NCBI RefSeq assembly: GCF_030144855.1
Contig: NC_082731.1
Span: forward strand, 25,792,001 to 25,856,000
Direction of reading: 5' to 3'
Length of the DNA: 64,000 bases
DNA from: Hypanus sabinus
Lineage: Eukaryota
Below the pieces are notes generated by a model. It saw only the letters and a list, made by a program, of their open reading frames with translations, had not been told where the DNA came from and did not search any database. The position numbers and the translations under genes are program-made. Position 1 is the first letter of the stretch, and every line of letters begins with the position of its first letter. Shown in pieces: positions 50,320-62,329 of the stretch.

Positions 50320-50795
50320 ATGTCCAAGCCGAATACAGTGCTCAGCGATATAGGGTGCATTTCTTATTTCTGTCTCCCGCTGTTTTGTCTTCTAGGAGTC
50401 TGTCCCTCAATTTATCACCTACTCGCGGCCGGCTGTTTTTCCGAAGCTTGGTGAATCTATGCTCGTGGAACATTTCCATTAATTCTGCTCTTCTTTTGTT
50501 GACAAGCATGCAATCCAATATCCTGCTGAAACAACCCGTGCCATCTGTTGTAAAGCCCGGACAATCTCTCTGATTGACCTGTGCAGTCAGTGGATTCAGC
50601 CTCAGAAGCTATCACATGATCTGTCTGAAACAGGTCTCCGAGAAAGGGATGGAATGGCTGGCCGTTGTATCGGCTGGCGATAACAAGATGTACGTGCCCG
50701 GAGTCAAAGGCCGAATTGAGTTTTCCAAGGACCGTTGATCTGCAAATGACAAACCGGAGAGTAGAAGATACTACCACCTATTACTGTGCAAGAGA
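50320..50795 (+). pseudogene. IGHV: VH3 pseudogene (divergent VH family)
   Basis: Leader MSKPNTVLSDIGCISYFCLPLFCLL (50320-50395) with donor GT lost (GAGTC) and acceptor damaged. Exon NILLKQPVPSVVKPGQSL*LTCAVSGFSLRSYHMICLKQVSEKGMEWLAV..PGVKGRIEFSKD / DLQMTNRRVEDTTTYYCAR. TGA at 50571, W36->C at 50622, frameshift at ~50733-50736. Confidence 0.93.
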
Positions 50796-50834
50796 CAGCG
50801 TGACAGAGATCTCAACTGGACCGGAGCAAACGAT
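50796..50834 (+). other. Degenerate 23-bp RSS of VH3
   Basis: CAGCGTG + 23 nt + GCAAACGAT at the position homologous to the V1/V2 RSSs; the spacer is still similar. Confidence 0.8.
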
Positions 50835-51594
50835 CGGCGAGAGCGCCTGCCCTTAGGGCGCTGAGGAAAACCGCAGAAAAGATCGCCACAGCTCCATTCT
50901 AGTCTGTCTGAGCACTTCGATCGAACATGCAATGGAAGTTGGATTCTCAACGAACAATCCTGAGAAGAGATGCGGGAAGAATGAACGGAGTAGCTCATCG
51001 GATCACTTCGGATATTAGCTCAGAGACAGGCGGCGTGAGTGGAAATTGGGTCACTGGTCAACCTGGTCAACGTGTGGGACTTTAGTCCATGCTTGACAGT
51101 AAACAGATAGGCTATGAGAAGCAATGGTGTTCTAGTGCAGTTTGACTGCGGATTAACTGTGCTGGGGGTTAGTGAGAGGGGCGGAGGTTATCGTCTGTCG
51201 GTATATCACGGTTACTGCCATAATTGCTGTCGCATTTCGAGAGGTGGCGGCTCGCTCAAATCTACCGCAACAATGTTCTTTACATTAGGCTCTTCGAGCG
51301 TTTCCACCAATCATTACATTGGAAGCCATGGATATACATCAGATCCCGAGAAGATAATCTAGGAGTGAGTCTATGTTCCAATGGAGTTGTGTTAGGATGG
51401 GAACGGAACACCGAGGAATAGCTGTCAGTGGCAACTCAGTGAAAAGTACCGTTAGATTGTAACCTCTCCTCTTCACACTGGGATGGCCGAGATTGAGACC
51501 CACTGTTTTAGACACACACAAAGAGAGCGAATCTTTATTGGTCCGTTGGCCGGTTTTGTGATCCACCGGATTTCTGGTTGGATGTGCTGAAGGC

Positions 51595-51658
51595 GGTTTG
51601 GGATCTTCGGTGAAGTACCGTGATATGGACCATGGCGGTAGAGAGATAACCAGAAACT
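51595..51658 (+). pseudogene. Degenerate DH segment flanked by two 12-bp RSSs
   Basis: ggtttggga-12-taccgtg [ATATGGAC 51623-51630] catggcg-12-ccagaaact. Spacing is exactly 12/12, although each motif is mutated. Confidence 0.65.
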
Positions 51659-52779
51659 GCTCCCGACAAATGATCGTCTGTGTGTATTCATCCACTAATT
51701 CGCATTGCTGCTTCCCAGAGTCATCCCCCTGAAGCTTAGTTCTGATTACAAATGTAAAAGAGATTGGGATGGAAATCCAGGAAGTGACTGCTCCACACCA
51801 AGACAGGGATCATGTTGACCGAACAGGCAAGTGCAAAGCCCCCGTGATGATTTTTACTGCTATCCATTTAGCAGTTTTCTAAGCACAGTCTGTTCTGTTT
51901 TCATCATATCTGAGTTTGAGCTAAATGTAAAAAACGTTATTGTTTAACTTTGGAGTGTTGTGTCGGCCAATCACCATCGTGGATTTGGAAGAAGCTTCTT
52001 GAGAACATGGGCGGAGAGGATTTTCTGACGGACACTGATGATGGTCGAAGTTTTTTTGGTGGGAGCTGGAGGAAGACAGGAAAATAAATATGGCTCATGA
52101 TACAGTCTCTTTGTGAGAGTCCCTTTGTCTGAGGTGGATTTCGAGCGACAATAGGAAGCTGGTGTGTGCATTCACGCAGATGTGTGTCCAACGCGGCAGT
52201 TAAATACAAATTGAAGAAGAGGTTCAATTTACATGCTTATTTGGACTGCATTAATAGTAATGGACTCTTTTAAATTAGTTAGTTTTTTTTTCTTTTTTAT
52301 TCTTTTTCCTAGGAACTATTCCATAAAGCTGTCAATTGGAAACATAGTTTCTTTATAATTATAGGCCGTATACGTCTGTAATTTCTTGCCGACGAGCAAT
52401 TGCCTTTCGGTACTAAGTTATACCCTATTCACACAGATCAGGAATCGGGTCAGCTGAACATCCCAACTTCCCAGGTTTTATGGGACCCATGTCATATCCA
52501 CCCTAGAAGTAAGGAGTCCAAGAAAGGTGTTTCTCACATCACTGAATCGGATGGCTAATAGCAAGGGATTAATGAGCCACGGAAAAAAGGCTTGTCAGAA
52601 ACGTAACTGTTGCACTGGGTGTTTGGGAACACTGAGCACTATAAGTATCTTGCCTACTGGGGCTAATTATCCTCATTGAAAGTGACAGGTGAGACCAAAT
52701 TCTGATTTCCATTCTCATTCATTGCGATTTTACGAATTTACGGTTTTAGCAAATTCAGTGATTCGCTTGATACCAGTGA

Positions 52780-53078
52780 GCTAGTTAAAGCAAGTAAATT
52801 AATCCCTCCGAAAAGACGGGTTTCTTTAAGAGCCGGAATATACCTAATAACAGTCTAAGTTTACCGTATGCCAATAGTGAACCGTCCATAGACCGGGAAC
52901 AGGCTGCAGGGAAACATGTCGGATCTCGTCACCAGACTTTCCTTTGACAGCACCCGACTTTGCTGACCGAAGTCACTGTTATTTTATGTCTGTGCTCTGA
53001 TACTGAACGACAACTGAAGCCACGTTCAGGGACTGGCAGTTTCAGTGCAGTTGAACATGTTCCTGTCAGTGATAATAA
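52780..53078 (+). repeat. Block K paralog downstream of VH3
   Basis: Aligns to 14960-15265. Confidence 0.8.
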
Positions 53079-56074
53079 TGTAATTGTTCAGTCCCATTAT
53101 TAGAGTTAGGGTTTACTGTCGGCTGACTTCTCAATGAAGGTAATGGGATTAAGACATAATCTGAAAGAACAGTTGCAGGATCAACATCCCCGGGGTACAG
53201 GTGGATGTCAGTCCCAGGATGTAGAACTCAGCGTGAGGTTTGTCGTGGGATCAGCAAAATATATCCCAAGATTAATTGATGAGAATAAGGTTTTACTTTT
53301 ATTCGCTGATGGGTGAGGAGGTTGGATACGGTAAGAAACGATGTTCGAGATAGGCAGACTCTGGGGAAGTAGAAGGAAAAGTAAAATAAGAATTAAGGCG
53401 ACTTTCCTTCGTATTTTCCAGACAGTCTTGAATCCTTGAGTGCGGCGAGAGTGGAAGTGAAGATACTGCAGGCAGAGAAGAGTTCATGTCAATAATGTGC
53501 AATGGCAAGCGTTTAAGGGAACATTTGTTTATGTATGGTTGTGACCCGGAGGAAATCGTCGTTTCGTCAGGATAAGGTGAAGGGTAGGTAGACCACTGCG
53601 TTTCCTGGGTGTGTTGAGCTAAAGCACAACGATATCGGATGAACGACCTCACTCTCAGCTCAGTTTCATTCAATGGAACTGGTATTTATCATGTAAATCT
53701 GGGAAATTCCTCATCAAAGAGCTTCTGACAAGTACCATGGCGTATGTCGAGCTTGGATTACGTGCGGATTACAGCTTTCATGTAGTGTCCTGCAATCAAC
53801 GATTAGTTACCTAGATTCCTCTGCACTGTCCAATTCCAGTGTTACGGAGAATGGGCGAACCCGGACAGAGGAGGCAGAGTTAGGATGCTGACGAGGACGT
53901 GAACGAAGCGAAAGCTGAACGGCAACCAAGAGAGTGAACAGAAAAGCAGGAGGTAGGCAAAACTGATCTTGACACAGGGCATTGCAGGAGCTGAAAGGGA
54001 AACAAGAGACAGGCGACAGGAAACAGTTATCTTGACACGAAGCTTTAAATGGAAAGGCAAACGGCTTGCAATACTTAACTTCACACGGAATGTTAACTGG
54101 AAAGGAAACAGTTGCAATACTTACATTTACTTCTTCTAAATGTGCAATGTGCAATTTTGAGTAATTCTTAATAAATATTATGTACAACAGAATTATGAAT
54201 ATAGCATCGAAATATGATATATTTCTATGGAAATAGAAATATAGGTAGACATCGCCCATCGAGAACACGGGAAATTTTTAAATGTGAGCAGAGTTGAAAA
54301 GGTGACGGTTATTTCTTTGGCAGTTTGAAAGGTGCCTGACTGCGCAAGCGCGTGCATGTCGGCCAGCAGGAAGAGTTTTAAAAGAAGAAAAAATTACAGA
54401 GCGGGCGTCGGAGTAGTGGCAGAAAGAGTACGATTGCCTCAAACTAGGTTCCGTGATAAAGTGTCGAGGCGAAGTAGGTTATCCGTTTAAATAAAAGACA
54501 GGGAATATGTGTGTGAGGTCCATTTTCTGTGCTCGGCATCAGCTGTGTGTGCTCCTGTAGACCCCGGGCCTCCCTGACGACCACATGTGCACTTCGTGTG
54601 GTAAGTGAGAGTAAGGAGTTGATAGAGAGGTGCTGTAGGCAGGTGGTCATGCAGGGACCACAGGACACAGAAAAATGGATAACAATCAGGTGAAGGAAGG
54701 GGAAGAAGAATGTACTAGAGTTTACTCCCGTGCCTTTCCCCTTTAACAATAAGTATTCCTACTTGACTACTTTTGTGGGGAATGGCCTGACTGGGGGAAG
54801 GAAAACAGATCGCGCCATTTGGCACAGTGGCTCAGAACCGTATGGAAAGGAAGAGGATGGCAGCAGCAATAGGGTACTCTATACTTAGGTGGTCAAACAG
54901 GCGATTCTGTCGGCTCAGGAAAGAAACATGAATGGTAGTATCCCTCCGAGGAGCCAGAGTCTGGGACGTTTCTGTTCGCGTCCATGATATCTTGAAGTGG
55001 GAAGGAGAACAGCCAGAGTTCGGGGTGCATATTGTTACCAACGACATGGGTAGGATAAGAGAGGAGGTCCTGAAAACTGACGACAAGGAGTTAGGAAGGA
55101 AGTTGGGAAGCAGTACTCAAAGGTAGTGATCTTGTGATTACTGTCTGTGCCACGTGAAAGTGAGTATGGGAAAAGCCTGTGGTGGAGGATAAATGAGTGT
55201 TTGAGGGATTGAAGCAAGGAGCAGGGATTCAGATTTCTGGATCATTGGGAACTCTACTGGGGTATGTGTGACCTGTACAGAAACGATGGATTGCAGTTGA
55301 ATCCATAGGAGACCAACTTGCTGGCGGGAAGAATTGCTGAGGCTATTGGAGAAAGTTTCAACTAGAATTGCTGAGGGTTGGGAACAGAACTGAAGTGACG
55401 GAGGAAAAGGAGTTTGGCTCGCAAATAGAGCAAGACTGGAGACAGTGCGAAAGGGAGGATAGGCAAGTGATAGAGAAGGGACGAGCTTAGTCTGATCGTC
55501 TGAGATGTGTCCATTTAAATGCGAGAAGTATCATTAATAAATCAAATGAGCGTACAGCGTGAATCAGAACTTGGATTCGTGATGTTATGGCCACTACAGA
55601 CATTTGGATAGTTCAGCGGCAGGAATTGCTACTTCAAGTGCCAGGCTATAACTTTTTTCAGAACTAATAGGAAGGGAGGCAAAGAGGTGGGGACGTGCCA
55701 CTGTTGATCAGAGATAGTGTCGCAGCTGCAGACAAGGAGGAATTCTTTTACGATATGTAGATAACCTTGCAAGAGGAGAGGCTGTACTTGATCTGGTATT
55801 GGGAAATAAAACTTGTCAGCCGTCAGGTCTCACAGTGGGAGAGCATTTTGGAGATAGTTATCACAATTCTATCTTATTTACCGTACCGTCGGACAAGAAT
55901 AGGATCAGACAAATTAGGGAAACGTTTAATTGTAGTAAGTGGAGCGATAAAGGCAGGAAGTTGGAAGCATACATTGGAAACAGATGTTTTCAAGGAAACG
56001 TCCCGAAGACATTCGGCTATTGTTCTGAGCATATCTGCGTGGGGTTCTGAGTAGGTACATTCCAACGAGACATG

Positions 56075-56612
56075 GAAAGCGTGGTACCATAGTACCATAG
56101 AACACTACAGCACAGTACAGGTACTTCATCTCTCCGTGTTGTGCTGACCCACGTAATCTTTTTAAACAGTACCAAACCCACAGTACCAAACCCACACTAC
56201 CCCCTAACCCTTTATTTTCCTTTCATCCATGTGCCTGTCTAAGAGGCTTTTAAATACCCCTACTGGGTTAGCCTCCACCACCATCCCTGGCAAGTCATAC
56301 CCGGCACTCACAACCCTCTGTGTAAAAAACTTACCCCTGATGTCTCGCCTGAACTTCCCTCCCTTAATTTTAAACATATGCTCTCTGGTGTTTGCTATTG
56401 GTCCCTGGGAAACAGGTTCTGACTATCGACCCTATCTATGCCTCTCAAAATCTTGTAGACCTCTATCAAGTCCACTCTCATTCTTCTATGCTCCAAAGAG
56501 AAAAGTCCCAGTTCGGGTAACCTTGCTTCATATGACATGTTCTCCAAACCAGGAAACATCCTGGTAAATCTCCTCTGCACCCTCTCTATAGCTTCTACAT
56601 CCTTCCTATAAT
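56075..56612 (-). mobile_element. CR1 3' fragment nested in the opposite-strand CR1
   Basis: MQRRFTRMFPGLENMSYEARLPELGLFSLEHRRMRVDLIEVYK; (ctatggta)n tail at 56090-56105; the host reading RHGK..RVQDPWC resumes at ~56615. Confidence 0.88.
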
Positions 56613-58432
56613 ATCATAGGGTGCAAGATCCCTGGTGTAGAAGGTCTGTTGTAAATCTAGCCAAGAAAAACCGAAGAGCTTACGAAATGTTCAGAAAAGG
56701 AGGTAATGATCTTAATATGGAAGATTATAAGGCTAGTAGGAAGGAGATTAAGACTGAAATACGGAGAGCCAGAACGTGCCATCAGATGAACTTGGCGCAC
56801 AAGATTAAGGAAAACCCCAAAAGTTCCTACACGTATGTGAAGAGCAAGAGGATAGAAGTGAGACAACAGACCCAAACAAGTGTAAAAATGAAAACGGGTA
56901 TATGGAACCGGAGGAAATAGTGGAGGTATGTAATGAGTACTTTGCTTCAGTAGTATCAACGGAAAAGGATCTTGGTAATTGTAAGAATTATTTCAGTGGA
57001 CTGAAAAGCTTGAGAATGTAGATATTAAGAAAGACGATGGGCAGGAACTTGAGGAAAGCATATCTGGATAAGTAAAGGGGACTGGACGGGCTGTATAGCA
57101 GGCTATTGTGGGAAGCGAGGGAGGAGATTGCTGAGACTCTGGCAATGATCTATGTATCATTACTGAGTACAGTAGAGCTTCCGGAGGATTGCAGGATTGC
57201 GGATATTGTTCCTTTATTCAAGAAAGTGAGCAGGGATAGCCCAGGACATTTTAGGCCAGATATTCTTACTTCAGTGGTTGATAGATTGATGGATAAGATC
57301 CTGAGAGGCAGGATTTATAAACATTTGTGGAGATATAATATGATTAGGGATAGTCAGTATCGCTTTGTCAAAGGCATGTCGTGCTTTACGAGCCTGATTG
57401 GATATTTGAGGATGCGATGAATCGCATTGATGAAAGTGGAGACGTTGATGTAGTCTATATGGATTCCAGCAAGGCATTTCATAAGATGCCCCAAGCAAGG
57501 CTTATTGAGAACTTCAGGAGGCATGGGATTCACGGGTACATTGTTTTGTAGATCCAGAACTGGCTTACCCACAGAAGGCAAAGAGTGGTTGTAGATAGGT
57601 CATATTCTGCATGGAGGACGGTGACCAGTGGTTTCCGTCAGGGATCTGTTCTGGGTCCCCTACTCCTCGTGATTTTTATAAATGACCTGGACGAGGAGTG
57701 GAGGGATGGGTTAGTAAAATTGCTGATGACACAAAGTTTGGATGTGTTGTGGATAGTATGGAGGTCTGTCAGAGGTTACAAAGTGACATTGAGAGGATGC
57801 AAAACTATGCTGAGTAGTGGCAGCTGTTGTTCAACTCTGATAAGTGTGAGGCCGTTCATTTTGGCAGGTTAAATTTGCTGGCAGTATCTAGTATTAATGG
57901 TAAGACCCTTGGCAGTCTGGAGGATCAGAGGGATCTTGGGGTCCGAGACCATAGGGCACTCAAAACTGCTACGCAGGTTGACTCTGTTGTTAATAAGGCT
58001 TACGGTACATTGCCCTTTATCAATTGTGGGACTGAGTTTAAGAGTATATGTTGCAGCTATATCGGACCATTGTCAGACCCCACTTGGAGTACTGTGCTCA
58101 ATTCTGGTCGACTTACTTCAGGAAAGAGGTGGGAAACATAGAAAGGGTGCAGAGGAGATCTACAATGATGTTACCTGGATTGAGAATAGATTGAGTGAAC
58201 TATGCCCACAGTATAGTAGGTAGTTGGTTAGTAGGTGCAGAGGGTTTGTCAGGGGTAAATATTTTTTTTACGCAGAGAGTGGTTAGTACGTGGAATGGGC
58301 TGCCGGCGGCCGTGGTGGAGGCGGATGAGATATTGTCCTTTAAGAGACTCCTGGATGGGTACATGGAGATCAGAAAAATAGAGGTCAATGACTAAATGGG
58401 TAAAAATGTTAATTCCTTTTATTTTTTCCCAG

Positions 58433-58700
58433 AGCCCGCTTTCGCCTGCGATATCTGCTCGCAGTTCGTCGCCACCGCGTTCAGGCTCAGTTTTCAACTG
58501 CGCTGCCACTTGGAGCCGAGTCCCAGTCCCAGGCCATTCTTCTCCATCCCCTGTGTCCCCGCCATAGCCGCAGGCCGCCGCAACAACCGGCCCGGAGCAC
58601 TGCGCGGCGAAACGCCCCCGGTCCCGCTGACCCCGCTGGTAGCATCTGGTAGCGTTCTCTTGCTCTGGGTTACGAGCGATGCCTACGGTGGGGTTAGCAG
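58433..58700 (+). other. CpG-rich inserted fragment with splice acceptor and degenerate C2H2 zinc-finger-like frame
   Basis: ttccttttattttttcccAG at 58413-58432, then (E)PAFACDICSQFVATAFRLSFQLRCH = C-x2-C-x12-Q-x3-H with Leu at the canonical position. Absent from the paralogous CR1 end at ~5950. Confidence 0.4.
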
Positions 58701-59069
58701 GAAGCTTGTGGGGAAAACGGCAGAGCTACGACCTTGGAAGACAATGGATGCGTTGCAAGCAAATGATCTACTAAGGAGAGATTTGGTGATGTATTTAAAC
58801 TCACCCGGCAGAAGGCAAAGGCAAACCAGTGCTTTAATCTGCCAAATACATGATTTCCGAATATCCCAGTCTCAATAAAAGATCAAAACAGCCATTTAAC
58901 GTTTAGTGTCTGGACACTGGAGGGAAATCGTCCGCCAAATGGAAATTCCAGATGCGACCTAACGATATCGACGATAGTTTAAGCCTACGTAGTTCTGAGG
59001 TAGGGACATGCTCGGCAGAGCCGAAGGGTCAGTGTTGTGCTGTATTTTTTTTTATTTTTCTATGTTTCA

Positions 59070-59620
59070 TGAATGCAATGTTTCAGCGTGAATTTATCAA
59101 TCTGAAGGCCTGATGAAAGAAGCTGAACCGGAGTCTGTTGGTGATTGATTTTATGCAGGATGGAACAATTTGTAGTTGAGGTGACTAGTGAACTTTGCCT
59201 GTTTTCCTGAATTTCCTGAGTAGAAGGAATTAGAAAATTCTACCTACAGATTTCACTTGTGAAATATTTGTCTCTGAGAGGAGACATCGGACACCGTCGC
59301 AACGGCTTATTTTTTTTAATGCTGGATTTGTTATTAACGTGGCCGAGTTGGCAGGTCGACACTGAAGTCAGCATCGATCGTCGTCTGGATTCGAACACGG
59401 GTGCTTTCGCTCCGAAGTCCAGCACTGATGCCACTGATCCATTACACCACCAACCAGCCTATCTTTTGGTTTGGATTTGTGGACACATAGCCAACTTCTT
59501 CAACCGTTTGATGTAAAAGAGGCACTGTCGTCCATTTTTCACCACTCATCATTGATTTACAGATCACGTGCAATCCTCCGTTATATATATGCCAAGAAAC
59601 TTAAAGGTGCTTGCCTCTCA
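59070..59620 (-). mobile_element. Rex/Babar-like fragment, paralog of 6060-6540
   Basis: Same junction with the CR1 tail (ttctatgtttc..gcaat..cagcgtg..ggcctgatgaaagaagctg) and the same end before cccaga. Confidence 0.7.
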
Positions 59621-62329
59621 AGCCCAGATTCTTCTAAATTTTGATTAAAACGTTTTTTCCTAAAACCCCGGAGCATCCCAGAGACCTTACCAACAAGTTC
59701 TACAATGTATCACTTCATATGGGGGACAATCCTTTTTTTTTAATCTATTCTTGGCTGTTCGTTCTGAGCTGGACTCGCGAACCTGAAAGTCAGTTCAGCC
59801 ACTCAGTGTGGCCTTTAAGTTTGACTTGGATGCCAAGGAGGACCAGCACATGAATCAAAGCACAAGACCCTCCGTAGCGTTTAGGCAAGAAAGGCCTCAA
59901 ACACTCTGACAAGGTTTTGGTCCTCGAGAGGAGGTGCGAAAGGAAGCATACATTATATATCCCGATATCGTACGTGTAATTGTGTATACATTTTGGCAAG
60001 TAATTTTCCAGCTATATGCTATCCTTGCTCCACCGCATTTTGCATCTGGCAAACTGTTTTCATCGTCATTTGTTAGTAAGGATGTGTGGCGCAGAGGAGG
60101 CTCACGTATATTTTACCTGCATAAGATTGCATAATCTATGAGCGGAGCTTAGACAAAGTAGGATTCCTTTATCTTGAACACTAGAGGCTGACGACAAACT
60201 TGGTAGAATATATGCAAGCCGAATCGATGATAAGGAAGATAATCTGTGTCCTAATGTCCAAGATGTAACCGTGCAATCCTCAGTAGCATGGATTTAAGAT
60301 GAGAGGGAGCATGTACTAGCCAGTAAAAGGATGTGGAGTAGAAAGCGCCTGTAACGTGAAAAAAACATCTGGAAATACATAAAATGGCAACTTGTAAGAG
60401 AAAAGTTAACAGGCATTTCTTCATTCGCGAATGGGGGAGTTATAGGTAGATATGCCGCTTAGAAATAACATCAAGATTGGCACAGACATGGGGTGGGTTG
60501 ATCTGATTCTGTCTGTACTGTTCCATATCCTATGTACTGAGCTGTACGCCATGTGTTAAATTTTAAACTGTTACGCCCACGAGGCGCTGTCCATGGAATA
60601 TAATGTTTATATTATTATCTCCCCGTGGAAGCAAACGCTTGCTTAAAATATTTTAAAAAATGCAAGTGTAGGGAATACAAAAATAAATCTGGAAATACCC
60701 ACGTCAGACTGTATCAACGGCAAGAGAGAACGGTTACTTAACATTTCTGTTCAAGGAGACAGTGTCTGAAGAAGGAACAAGACAAAGGAAACTTTGTGTC
60801 ACAAATGGGTGGGCGGAGAGGGGGCAAACTTGGCTAAAGTTAGCAATAACATGTAAAACAAAGGTTGTCTAATCACTGAGTAAATCAGTACAGTTAGAGA
60901 ATAAGAACACGAACAGATAATCGTCAGTAAAATAATCTACCAATTCCTAAGTGCAGAGAGGGAATGCATGTCCGATAGGTCAGGATTACCAGCATTATCA
61001 AACCATAAACGTACCGAGAAAATGGAAAGTGCTGACTCGTGACATTGCACCTTAGTTCGAATTGCCTTTCAACCAGCTCATCGCATCAACCTCAATATCT
61101 TATCAAATGGATCTTTGCAGATACCCACGATCATGATTGTGGGATAATAATGTTAACATATTCCGAAGTTAGATTTAACTTCCAGCGCTCCAGTGAAAAT
61201 AAATCCGGCCTATTCAACCTCTCCATCTAATTAAAGCCCTCCACTTCGGACAACAGTTGAAATATATCACTGCTCCTGGTAACTCCAGGTTCATTAGCCC
61301 ATGCATTGTGTTTCTCTGGATTCGATGATGACTGTACACTCATGGCGGATCGCCCAACTTCCTACTGCTAAATGACCTATGTAAACATAACCTCATCTAA
61401 ATATTAGCTAATAGTGTTATCGCTTCATGAAAATATGCCTGCTTCTCAACAGTGGTCCTGATATGGCGACAGCAGAGTTATCACATCGACACGATGCTAT
61501 CCAGAATCCAATGTATTTTGAAAACTTCCGTGGTATTACCCCCAAAACATAATAATTGGTTCCTCACATTCAGTCGTTACTTGGGCCACGGTGGACTTAA
61601 TGGGGAAATTAACATGTTGATTCAGCCGACAAGGAACGGAAAATTAAATAATAACCCTTCAACATGCCCGCTGTATTGGGGTACTTATCTTTCCCCAGTT
61701 CATGAACGAAAGCTGGTTGTAGAAACGATAAGACGACAACGTTATAAACGGCACGACTCTGCTGCCAAATGAAATTTATTCCTAGTAAAACAGTCATAGG
61801 ATCGGCGAAAGCTTGTAGCAACGATGCAAGTCATTTGGCTCAGCAATTGCTTGACTGTTTTAAACAAGTATAATACATCTTGTCCCACTATTTCATATAG
61901 TCAGCGTGGCTGGTGCCCTGTAACGATTTAAGTTCTATAGCAATGATTTCGACGGCTTTGTTGCCAAGTTTGCAGATAATTCGAAGATTGGTGAAGGGAC
62001 AGGTAATGTTTAGGACAGAATTAGGTATTGCATGATGATACAGGGGAGTCCATTTAGAACAGAGATACTGAGAAATTTCTTTAACCTGAGAGTGGTGAAT
62101 TGTTTGAATTCATTACCACTGGCAGCTGTGCGTGCCGGGTCGTTGAATGTATTTAATGCAGAGGCTGAAACGTCACTGTTTGGACTCGACAGCGAAGGTT
62201 TCGTGGGGGGGAAGGCCGGGGAATTTTGACTCAGGAGTAATCTAAACGATCAGCCATGATTGAATGGGTCAATTGGCATAATTCTTCTCATAGGCCATAT
62301 AGGCATATGATCTAACATTGAATCCCAAT

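Larger units (their letters stand above)
54275..59068 (+). mobile_element. Near full-length CR1 LINE (5'UTR, ORF1, ORF2, 3'UTR) with two nested insertions
   Basis: ORF1 zinc-knuckle-like LPDDHMC (~54575) and esterase-like IG(D/Y)SIxR..RRFC (~54870); ORF2 start LRCVHLNARSI (~55500); RT motifs at 57100-58330; the 3' end matches 5950-6050. Confidence 0.88.

Noticed and set aside
51155-51174. aactgtg-ctgggg-gttagtg as a D segment after V3
   Set aside because: No nonamer at 12 or 23 nt on either side and no counterpart in the other cassettes.
53830-54130. Possible solo LTR (starts tgttacgg, with internal short repeats)
   Set aside because: No second terminus, TSD or partner LTR could be identified by eye; left uncalled.
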